Shown here: one piece after another, positions 37,946 through 46,492 of the stretch
Layout: every line of letters starts with the position of its first letter
Numbering within the stretch: the stretch's first letter is position 1
Assembly (NCBI GenBank): GCA_965206695.1
Contig: CBDBKM010000005.1
Coordinates: 73,244 to 137,243 of the forward strand
Reading direction: 5' to 3'
Source of the DNA: Chlamydiales bacterium
Lineage (GTDB): Bacteria; Chlamydiota; Chlamydiia; Chlamydiales; JAAZZY01
Length of the DNA: 64,000 bases
Made by a program: the position numbers and the translations under genes
The notes under the pieces: generated by a model
Told to the model about the DNA's origin: nothing
Database searches by the model: none
What the model saw: only the letters and a program-made list of their open reading frames with translations

Positions 37946-38050
37946 TTGACAGCTCCCAACCCTAAAGGGAAGGGATTCCTAATTCATTGACCACTGCTAA
38001 CAAACAAGCTAGTCTAACATGATCTCCAAAGGCTTAAATTACCGACTGCC
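37946..38050 (-). repeat. IS605 RE / putative omegaRNA module 5
   Basis: Reverse complement reads GGCAGTCGGTAATTTAAGCCTTTGGAGATCATGTTAGAC...CCCTTCCCTTTAGGGTTGGGAGCTGTCAA. It lies upstream of, and co-oriented with, proB. Confidence 0.7.
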
Positions 38051-39130
38051 CCTGCGGTATCGATATTAATAGATGCATTAAGATCTCTATCGTGTGTTAC
38101 TTTGCAGTTTGGACACTGCCAACTTCTCACACTTAAATCTAAAATTTCTATTTGGTACCGGCAGGCAGAGCATAGTTTTGAACCGGCAAAAAATTGATCT
38201 AATTCCACTATATTTCTTCCGTACCATTCACACTTATACTTTAAAAATGTTAAAAACCGGCTCCATCCTGCATCCGATATATGCTTGGAAAGTTTTTTAT
38301 TTTTTAACATCTTATTAATATTTAACCCTTCTATCGTGATCGTTTGGTTTTCACGAGCCAACTTTGTAGAAAGTTTATGATGAAAGTCCTGCCTTATATT
38401 TTTTATCTTCGAATGTATCGAAGCCACCGATCTTCTTTTTTTGAGTCTGTTTTTACCTTTGACTTTAGCTTTGCTAAGAGAACGTTGTTTTCTTTTTAGT
38501 CTTTTCTTATGAAATCTAAAAGGTTTAGGTGCCGTAATCTTTTTCCCTGTAGAAAGAGTTGCGAATGTCGTTAATCCTAAATCTATACCGACAGAATTAT
38601 TTCTCTTCTCAAAAGGGATCACTTCTTCTTCTACTATATAGGCTCACAAAATACCTGTCACAAGAGCCTTTTGTGATTGTTATACCTGTTGGTGTACCTA
38701 AAAAACACCTTGACCAATGTATTTTTAATCTGTCTTTAGATTTTGCAATCTTAAGATTAACCCCATCCCAACTAAATGCTGACTTAGTTAATCGTATTGC
38801 CTGCGTACTGTGTTTGTTTTTAAAGCGAGGGAAATTTGACCTTTTTTTAAAAAGTTTAAAAAAGCTCTATCAAGATCTCTAAGACTTTGTTGCAGACAAA
38901 CAGAAGAAACTTCGTTTAACCAAAGAAACTCTTTGTTTTGCTTAAGACTTGTCAAGAATGCCGATGTTTTAGAATAACTTACATTCTCTTTGTATTGCCT
39001 GATATTTCTTGATCTTAAAATTTAAAGCTTGATTATATACAACTCCGGAACATCCAAAGCTTTTTGTAAGCAACTCCTTTTGTTTTTTCGTTGGATAGAA
39101 TCTAAATTTATATGCTTTTTTGATCATCAT
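38014..39130 (-). pseudogene. tnpB: TnpB homolog, N-terminal half frameshifted
   Basis: N-terminus MMIKKAYKFRFYPTKKQKELLTKSFGC at 39130. The C-terminal ORF 38014..38622 carries GIDLGLTTFATLS, the Zn finger CSACRY...CPNCKVTHDRDLNASINI, and an extra G that shifts the last codons. Confidence 0.85.
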
Positions 39131-39149
39131 GTATTGCATTATATGTCCG

Positions 39150-39563
39150 GTACATATATATTGTCTATCCGGAAAGACGGAAAACCTCTAAAACAGCAGT
39201 TTTTAACCTTAGTTACCATGTTATTTGGTGTCCTAAATATAGGAGAAAGGTTCTTGAAGGTGATATTGTTGTTCGTTTAAAGGAATTATTAGAATTAAAA
39301 GCTCTACAACTAAATATAGAAATTAACGAACTGAATATTATGCCTGATCACGTACATATTTTTTAAATACCAAGCCTATATATTCGCCACAATTTTTCAT
39401 AGGACAACTTAAGGGATATACAAGCCGAATATTAAGGCAAGAATTTTCAAGCTTAAGATCCGGGTTACCCACACTGTGGACACGGTCTTATTATGTTGAT
39501 AGTGTTGGAAAATTAAATGAATATACAATCAGAAAGTATATACGGAATCAAAAAAACAAATAG
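39150..39563 (+). pseudogene. tnpA: IS200-type Y1 transposase TnpA, disrupted
   Basis: ...NELNIMPDHVHIF* (HUH motif region), then QLKGYTSRILRQEFSSL...LWTRSYYVDSVGKLNEYTIRKYIRNQKNK* in other frames. Confidence 0.8.
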
Positions 39564-39616
39564 ACACTTTCATCCCACCCTTAAAAAGGTGGGGTTTCTC
39601 GTTTAATTGTCATAAA

Positions 39617-40300
39617 TCAAATGAAATAACCGCTATCCCTGAATTATTAGATCTTTTAGACATAAAAGGCTTGATAATCACTATTGATGCTATGGGTTGT
39701 CAAAAGAATATAGCTAGAAACATTATCGATAAACAAGGAGATTATGTTTTAGCCCTCAAGGGCAATCAAGGACTTTTTGCTGAAGAAATTACAGAATTTC
39801 TAGCAGTAGCACCTTTCGATCCACAAACAACCTATTCTTTTGACAGCGACACGGAGTGTGATAAAGGTCATGGAAGAATAGAAGAAAGGACTTGTTATGC
39901 AACATCTGATATATCCCGGCTTCATGATAAAAAAAATGGAGTGGTTTAAAAACTATTTGTATCTTAGAATCGAAACGAATCATTCAAAATAAAACAAGCA
40001 TAGAGAGAAGATGTTTTATATCCGGTCTTCCTGCAAATGCCAAACAAATAACAGACGCTATTCGAAATCATTGAGGAATAGAAAATCAGCTCCATTGGAC
40101 TTTAGATGTCGTTTTTAATGAAGATCAATCACGAATAAGGAGTAAAAAATCCGCAGACAATATGGCTACAATTAGACACTGTGCAATAAACTTACTCCAA
40201 TAAGCTAAATCTTTTTTTAAAGGGGCTTAGAAAAAAAGCAGGTTGGGGGAGCCACGCTTTAGATTTAATCTTAATACAGAACAATTTTTAATGGGACAGC
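39617..40300 (+). pseudogene. ISAs1-family transposase, 5'-truncated and frameshifted
   Basis: SNEITAIPELLDLLDIKGLIITIDAMGCQKNIARNIIDKQGDYVLALKGNQ...HGRIEERTC, then ENQLHWTLDVVFNEDQSRIRSKK in another frame. It begins exactly at the IS605 LE boundary. Confidence 0.75.
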
Positions 40301-40384
40301 CTTGCCAATAGAGGTGTTTCTCTTTTTTTAAATCTAATAACCGGATATAATAACTTAATCTTAAATCAATTAATTTCTATTATT

Positions 40385-41116
40385 ATGAAAAAAATCCGTT
40401 TATCCAAAATTATGTCTGAGAGAGCCCTATGTTCTCGTAGAGAGGCTGATAATTATATTTATAAAGGATGGGTATCCGTTGATGGAGTAAAAGTTGATCA
40501 GTTGGGGTATCAATGTAGTAGTGATGTTGATATCCAATTAGACACAAAAGCCGATACCGCTCAGAATAAAAAAATGACTATCCTTTTAAATAAACCTCTT
40601 GGCTATATTTCCGGTCCAAGGCAAGATACGTACAAAGCCGCTAAAGAATTACTGATCTTAAATAACAAAGACCCTAAATGCCCTGTCCCCGTAAATCAGT
40701 TTAACGAAAACAACAATCTGGTTATCGCCGGTAGGCTCGATATTAACTCAAGTGGTTTAATGGCCTTCACAGAAGATGGTCGTGTTGCCAAACAACTTAT
40801 CGAAGATCATTCTCAAGTAGAAAAAGAATACCGCGTCATGTTCGATGGCTATCTTTCTCAAGAAAAATTATCTCTTTTGCAATGTGGACTAAGGCTTGAT
40901 GGTGTCCCCTTGAGACGAGCTCAAGTTACTCTCACAAAAAATAAAATGCTTAAAATGATCCTAAGGCAAGGACGAAAACGACAAATTCGACGTATGTTTG
41001 AGTTGATTGATCTTGATATCATCAGTTTAAAAAGAGTTCGTATTGGCAATATCAATCTGCGCGCTCTCCCTAAAGGGAAATGGCGCTACCTTCAAGAGAG
41101 TGAATCCTTTATTTAA
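40385..41116 (+). CDS. RsuA/RluB/RluF-family pseudouridine synthase
   Basis: N-terminal S4 domain (IRLSKIMSERALCSRREAD), catalytic GRLDINSSGLM, and GRKRQIRRMFE. Confidence 0.88.
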   Translation: MKKIRLSKIMSERALCSRREADNYIYKGWVSVDGVKVDQLGYQCSSDVDIQLDTKADTAQNKKMTILLNKPLGYISGPRQDTYKAAKELLILNNKDPKCPVPVNQFNENNNLVIAGRLDINSSGLMAFTEDGRVAKQLIEDHSQVEKEYRVMFDGYLSQEKLSLLQCGLRLDGVPLRRAQVTLTKNKMLKMILRQGRKRQIRRMFELIDLDIISLKRVRIGNINLRALPKGKWRYLQESESFI

Positions 41117-41187
41117 ACTCTTGCAAAGAAAGTCATAATTTCTCATCGTCTAACCATTCTTTAACTAAAAAGACACAGGGTATCTAT

Positions 41188-42013
41188 ATGAACAAACTTT
41201 TTTTATTTTTTGGATGCATTTTTATGCTTTTGCAAACACTGGGAGCAGATATCCACACAATAGAAAAATATCAATGATATTAATGATCAATTGCAAACGG
41301 CCGATTCTGAAACTCTTGTCATTTTTGATCTTGAACAAGTACTATTCCTTCCCGATGATCTCGTACTACGTCCTTGTTCAGAGGCTCTGTTAAAAGACCA
41401 AATCTCAATGATTCAAATGGGCTCTTTAGGAGATCATGACTTTGATCTTATCTTAAGCAAGATCTATCTCCAAAAAACCAATAATTTAGTTGATGCTAAT
41501 ATCATTCAAATTCTTGCAGAATTACAAGCAAAGCATATTCCGGCCATAGGCCTTACTAAAACAAATATCGGCTCTAAAGGGTATATGCAAAGTCAGGAAG
41601 ATGCTCGCTTAGTCGAACTTGAAGAATTAGGCATCTCTTTTTCAGAAACATTTCCGGATAAAAATGGCATGGTTTTAATGATCGACGAAGAAAAAAATCA
41701 ACCCATTTTTAAAGACGGTGTTCTTTTCTGTGATCGCTATAGCAAAGAAGAGGTATTATCTACTTTTATAAGCCGGCTTAACTTCAAGCCAAAAAACGTT
41801 CTCTTTATTGACGGTAAGCTAAAAAATGTAAAATCTGTAGAAGAAAAAATGGAGAAGCAAGGGATCGCTTTTCAAGGATACCACTACATTGCAGTCAAAA
41901 AAGACCTCGAAATTGATGATGAACTAGCTAAGTATCAGCTAAAGCATTTGCTCGAAACCGGTAAATGGCTAAATGATGAAGAGGCCGGGTCTCATCTATC
42001 TGCTGATGAATAA
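41188..42013 (+). pseudogene. secreted HAD-like protein (DUF2608-like), +1 frameshift after the signal peptide (or a sequencing error)
   Basis: Signal peptide MNKLFLFFGCIFMLLQTLGA at 41188. It joins ORF 41291..42013 (LVIFDLEQVLF...) if one A is removed from the A5 run 41264-41268. Confidence 0.6.
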
Positions 42014-42248
42014 TCCTCTTATTCTAAAGTAATAAATTTAATTTTGTTTTTCATTATGATGATGTACCATGCACGAATGACTTAATTCACTTGATTTAAG
42101 AAAAAAAACCCTCAAATATCTCGATAAGATTGGAGCCGGTTTTTAATTTTTTTAAAATATAAAAGCGAGTGCTACGGGAGAAATCCAGTAGAATTAGATC
42201 AATATTTTCCTAGTACACAAAAGTGTTCTACATACGGTTATAAACAAG

Positions 42249-42354
42249 GGCAGTCGGTAATTTAAGCCTTTGGATATCGTATTAGACCAGCTCTTTTGTT
42301 AGCTGTTGTCTGTGAATCAGGAACCCCTTCCCTTATAGGTTTGGGAGCTGTCAA
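42249..42354 (+). repeat. IS605 RE / putative omegaRNA module 6 (preceded only by a tnpB C-terminal scrap)
   Basis: GGCAGTCGGTAATTTAAGCCTTTGGATATCGTATTAGACC...CCCTTCCCTTATAGGTTTGGGAGCTGTCAA. Positions 42165-42248 encode a VELDQYFPSTQKCS-like TnpB scrap. Confidence 0.65.
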
Positions 42355-42555
42355 ATAAGCCCTAATTGCCGGTCCTGCCAAAAAGTTATGGCGTATCTTA
42401 ACTCTGAGAGTAAGCAAATACCTCACAAAGATGTAAAAAACCCTGAAAATAGACAGAAACTTATTGGCATAGGCGGAAAAGGGCAAGTATCTTGTCTTAT
42501 TATCAACGGTGTTCCTCTGCATGAATCTCTCGAGATTATTGCATTGCAACGAAGT

Positions 42556-43026
42556 CTAGTCGTCTTTAGAATAATCTCTCTGTTTATCATCAATCTCTTT
42601 ATTACGTTGGCGCTTCCAAGGGCTCCAACCGGGGATATTGGGAAGGGCAAGCAGCCCAAGGATGATGATAGTTCCGGCGATTCCAACTATGTACATACTA
42701 TTGGCAATAGATAGTCCGATAGATGCTGTTGCCCATAGAGTCGCAGCTGTTGTCATTCCTCTTACTCTACCATGATCACGTAAAATAACCCCGGCTCCTA
42801 AAAAACCAATTCCGCTAACTATTTGGGCTGCTATCCTGGAAGGATCAGCAGGGCCGTGTACATTAAAAGAAATAAGTCCAAAGAGGCACGCCCCTAAAGC
42901 TACAGCAGCATGAGTTCTAATGCCGGAAAGACCAACATGCTTTTCTCTTTCCAACCCGATTACACCACCTAAAATAGCGGCAAATAATAATTGGAAAACC
43001 ATTAATAACTGTTCTTCCCAAGTCAT
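42556..43026 (-). CDS. mgtC: MgtC/SapB-family membrane protein
   Basis: 156 aa. GGVIGLEREKHVGLSGIRTHAAVALGACLF and GIGFLGAGVIL. The start lies 27 nt after the RE end of module 7, preceded by AAGAGG. Confidence 0.88.
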   Translation of the reverse strand: MTWEEQLLMVFQLLFAAILGGVIGLEREKHVGLSGIRTHAAVALGACLFGLISFNVHGPADPSRIAAQIVSGIGFLGAGVILRDHGRVRGMTTAATLWATASIGLSIANSMYIVGIAGTIIILGLLALPNIPGWSPWKRQRNKEIDDKQRDYSKDD

Positions 43027-43052
43027 GTGAGCACCTCTTATTAAGCCACTAA

Positions 43053-43155
43053 TTGACAGCTCCCAATCCTAAAGGGAAGGGATTCCTCATTCAACGACCC
43101 TTGCTAACAAGGGTTAGTCTAATACGATATCCAAAGGCTTAAATTACCGACTGCC
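43053..43155 (-). repeat. IS605 RE / putative omegaRNA module 7
   Basis: Reverse complement GGCAGTCGGTAATTTAAGCC...CCCTTCCCTTTAGGATTGGGAGCTGTCAA. It overlaps the tnpB stop (..NIDTEGQSVI*). Confidence 0.7.
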
Positions 43156-44097
43156 CTTCGGTATCTATATTATAGGCTGCGTTAAAATCTCTGTCATGCA
43201 AAGTATTACATTTGGGACATTTCCAAGATCTTATATCGCAATCCAATTTTCCTATATTGTGCCGGCACATGGAGCATCGTTGTGTACCGGGAAAATTCTG
43301 AGGTAATTCTACTATGTTCCTTCCGTACCAATCACATGTATACTTTAAACATGGTAACAATTGACGCCATCCTGCATCTGATATACCTTTCGCATATCTT
43401 TTATTTTTTAACATACTTTTGATATCTAAACCTTTAATTATGATTGCTTGGTTTTCATAAATCAATTGTGTAGAAAGTATATGATAAAAGTCATGTCTTA
43501 TATTTTTAGAATGAATCTTGGCAACTTCGATTCTGCTTTTGTTTCTGTTTGAGCTGTTAGATTTAAATTTACTTAAACGTTTTTGATTTTTTTTTAATTT
43601 CTTTTTAAAATGCTTAAATGGCTGAGGGGAAAGTAACTTTTTACCGTTGGATGTTGTTAGACAACTTTCCGAACCCGGATCTATTTCGGTAGAATGATCC
43701 GGTTCTTTAGACTTTGCAATATATAAATGCATTTCCAGCCCATCTAAACGCGGAATTGGTAAACGAAATTGATTAGGTAGTGTTTTTAGTTTTGAATGTA
43801 GGAAAATGAACCCTCTTTTTAAAACAATTTGAATACGCTCTATCAAGGTTCCTAAGGCTTTGCCGTAGACAAATAGAGATGCTTCCTTTAACCAAAGAAA
43901 CTCTTTATTTTAAGATCTGTCAAGAATGCTGATATCACAGAGTTAGGAGATACTTTCTTTTTCTTCTTGATATTTCTTAACCTTAAAATTTAAAGCTTGA
44001 TTATACACTATCCTGCAACAACCGGAGCTTTTAGCTAAGAGCTCTTTTCGTTTTTTTGTTGGGTAGAATCTAAATTTATAACGTTTTTAATAGTCAT
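43139..44097 (-). pseudogene. tnpB: TnpB homolog, N-terminal part degenerate
   Basis: ORF 43139..43846 carries the RuvC/Zn-finger part (CSMCRHN...CPKCNTLHDRDFNAAYNI). The N-terminal KAYKFRFYPT region is frameshifted and shortened. Confidence 0.85.
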
Positions 44098-44099
44098 AC

Positions 44100-44523
44100 A
44101 TTGTGTTATACTATTGGTATATATATTGTCCAGATGGAAAACTGTCAAAGGCAGCTATTTTTAATCTTAGTTATCATGTATTTGGTGTACTAAGTATAGA
44201 AGCAAAATTTTCGAGGAAAATCTTGAAAAAAAGACTAAGAGAGTTATGAAATGAGAAAGCCCATCAACTATCTATGGCAATTAAAGCACCTGATATTATG
44301 CCCGACCATGTACATATGTTTATCAAAACTCAACCCATTCAATCTTCACAGTTTATAATTGGTCAACTTAAAGGATACGGCAGTCGCTTGTTAAGGCAAG
44401 CATCCTCAAGTTTAAAATCTCGAGTGTCTACATTAATGAACAAGATCGTATTATGTTGATAGTGTGGGAGGACTAAATGAATATACAATTAAGGAGTATA
44501 TCCAAAATCAAAAAAACAAATAG
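44100..44523 (+). pseudogene. tnpA: IS200-type TnpA, disrupted
   Basis: ORF 44274..44459 (APDIMPDHVHMFIKTQPIQSSQFIIGQLKGYGSRLLRQ). The 5' and 3' parts lie in other frames and the protein ends ...YIQNQKNK*. Confidence 0.8.
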
Positions 44524-44816
44524 ACGCTTTCATCCCAATGATAAAACAAGAGGTTTTCTCGTTTAATTGTCATAAAAAATATTGTTTAATATTGTATTAA
44601 TCGTATTGTAGTAATAAAAAAGTATGTTTTTAAGAGTGAGATCGAATGCCTAAAAATTCATGAGACTTTATAAAAAACCTCACAGTATCCGAGACGGAAA
44701 AGCCGTAACAGAATATTTGGAAAATCAGCGAGGTATTCCGGAAAGAAAAAAACGATTAGTAATCCTCTCTTAATTTTAAAAAATCAGTCAATCAGGAGTA
44801 ACTCAATTTATCGATT

Positions 44817-46238
44817 ATGAAACGATTTAATTTTCTTTTTCTTATATGCATTATTTTTTCGGCTTCTTCTATTTATTCTTATGATCTTTTAAACGAACCG
44901 CTTGCTTTCGAAGATCGTAAGATATCAGATAGTTATGAATTAGGTCACGCTGATCAAATTAAAATCCCCCAACCGACAGAGAAAGTCATGAGGTATTACC
45001 ATACAGGGAATATCCTATGGTTTGTCTCGCAGTTTTGGAACTTAATCATCCCCGCCTTATTTCTTTTTACCGGTTTTTCTGCAAAGCTCCGAACTTGGGC
45101 AAGGATCATTTCCGATAGGTGGTACTTCACCCTTCTCTTTTACTTTTCTTTTTATTTTATCATCTATCAAGTCATCTCCATACCTCTTTCACTTTATGCC
45201 ACTTATCTCCGCCCTCATGATTACGGATTGTCAACTCAACCTTTAGGAGCTTGGTATGTTCAGTATCTATTAAATACAGTGATTGTTTTAATGATCGGAG
45301 CTCTCTTTCTTTGGATCCCTTATATATTAATTAAAAAATATCCTACGCTATGCTGGTTCTACGCTGCGATCCTTTCCATACCTACCACCATTTTTTTTAT
45401 ACTTATCTACCCTATTTGGATACAACCAATCTTTAACGAATTCAAACCTTTTCCTGCCGGGCCGCTAAGAAGTAGAATCGAAAATTTAGCGGAAAGGACC
45501 GGTATTGATAGTAAGCGCATCTATATAGTAAACAAAAGCAAGGAAACGAATCGAATTAATGCTTATGTTGTCGGATGGGGACGCACCCAACGCATTGTTA
45601 TATGGGATACGGCTATTAAAGAGCTAAGTAACGATGAATTGATGTTTGTCCTGGCTCATGAAATGGGTCATTATAAACTTGGACATATTTGGATCAGCTT
45701 ACTTTACTTTAGTTTGACAAATTTTTTAATCTTTTTTCTGATTTATAAGGTTGGACATTATTTAATCAATCGTTTTCGATATCATTTCCATTTTCAAAAA
45801 ATGGATGATGTTGCTTCTTTTCCTCTTTTAATACTCTTATTTAATCTCTTTTCTTTTATTACAGAACCCATAGACAATGCCTTCTCTCAATATAGGGAGC
45901 ATGAAGCAGATCGCTTTGGACTGGAACTGACTCAAAATAATAGAGCCGCCGCTGAAGCATTTGTTGTTTTACAACGAGAAAATTTAATCAACCCATCTCC
46001 CGGCCTATTTTACCGATTATGGATTGCACACCATCCGCCTTTACAAGAAAGAATCAACTTTTCTAATAACTATCACCCTTGGGATCAACAGATACCTCTT
46101 TTCTATCAATCGCTTTTTAAAGAAGATTTATCTAAAAAGGTAGATTCCAAACAGGATTCCCCAAAGCACCATCACCGAAATTCAAACCAATCTAAACGAG
46201 GTAACCATGGAAAGAATAAATCCCATCAAATTAATTAA
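44817..46238 (+). CDS. M48-family (Ste24/HtpX-like) zinc metalloprotease
   Basis: Multi-TM N-terminal half, HEMGHYKLGH (HExxH), EHEADRFG, and a basic His-rich tail. Confidence 0.85.
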   Translation: MKRFNFLFLICIIFSASSIYSYDLLNEPLAFEDRKISDSYELGHADQIKIPQPTEKVMRYYHTGNILWFVSQFWNLIIPALFLFTGFSAKLRTWARIISDRWYFTLLFYFSFYFIIYQVISIPLSLYATYLRPHDYGLSTQPLGAWYVQYLLNTVIVLMIGALFLWIPYILIKKYPTLCWFYAAILSIPTTIFFILIYPIWIQPIFNEFKPFPAGPLRSRIENLAERTGIDSKRIYIVNKSKETNRINAYVVGWGRTQRIVIWDTAIKELSNDELMFVLAHEMGHYKLGHIWISLLYFSLTNFLIFFLIYKVGHYLINRFRYHFHFQKMDDVASFPLLILLFNLFSFITEPIDNAFSQYREHEADRFGLELTQNNRAAAEAFVVLQRENLINPSPGLFYRLWIAHHPPLQERINFSNNYHPWDQQIPLFYQSLFKEDLSKKVDSKQDSPKHHHRNSNQSKRGNHGKNKSHQIN

Positions 46239-46482
46239 AGAAAAAAGGAATAGGTTTTTTGTCACTTGTTTTGTGATTTTAATTGCTGCTTGTATCGGAA
46301 TTATTTCTATTTTTTTCTTCGGGGAGGACAATTCTATAGAAGAATATTCCGAGCATATAATTAAATCTTTTTCAGGTATAGATATGGACTTATCCTATCA
46401 ATCTGAAGAAGAGAATTCTAATTTAGACAAAAACATTAAAACTCTTTTGCTGCGTGAAGATCTCCAAACCATTTTGAAATAG
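46207..46482 (+). CDS. small single-TM hypothetical protein
   Basis: 91-aa ORF overlapping the M48 gene end. Has one TM (FFVTCFVILIAACIGIISIFFF). No family was recognised. Confidence 0.4.
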   Translation: MERINPIKLIKEKRNRFFVTCFVILIAACIGIISIFFFGEDNSIEEYSEHIIKSFSGIDMDLSYQSEEENSNLDKNIKTLLLREDLQTILK

Positions 46483-46492
46483 TTAGGTGGTC

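Larger units (their letters stand above)
37946..39616 (-). mobile_element. IS200/IS605-family element, copy A (divergent tnpA/tnpB, both inactivated)
   Basis: RE ...TTGACAGCTCCC at 37946. tnpB on the minus strand, tnpA on the plus strand. LE hairpin CCCACCCTTAAAAAGGTGGG and ...TTGTCATAAA ending at 39616. Confidence 0.85.
43053..44576 (-). mobile_element. IS200/IS605-family element, copy B (tnpA/tnpB both inactivated)
   Basis: RE at 43053, tnpB 43139-44097 on the minus strand, tnpA 44100-44523 on the plus strand, and LE ...TTGTCATAAA ending at 44576. Confidence 0.85.

Noticed and set aside
38094-39280. ORFs 38094..38318(+), 38559..38882(+) and 39029..39280(+) in IS605 copy A
   Set aside because: They are antisense to tnpB remnants, or out-of-frame read-through of the tnpB/tnpA intergenic region. 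They are better explained as parts of the decayed element.
42262-42714. ORFs 42262..42549(-), 42388..42714(+) and 42423..42686(-)
   Set aside because: They overlap each other, the RE module and the 3' end of mgtC. They have no recognisable motifs and are probably open by chance.
23955-43155. Apparent compensatory changes in the central stem of the RE modules (ACCCTT..AAGGGT in module 7 versus CAGCT..AGCTG in module 6)
   Set aside because: The two stems are not in the same alignment register when anchored on the shared GTTAGC. I cannot claim covariation without a computed structural alignment.
44661-44773. Small ORF MRLYKKPHSIRDGKAVTEYLENQRGIPERKKRLVILS between IS605 copy B and the M48 gene
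   Set aside because: It is too short and featureless to call, and could be a gene fragment. It is not reported as a feature.
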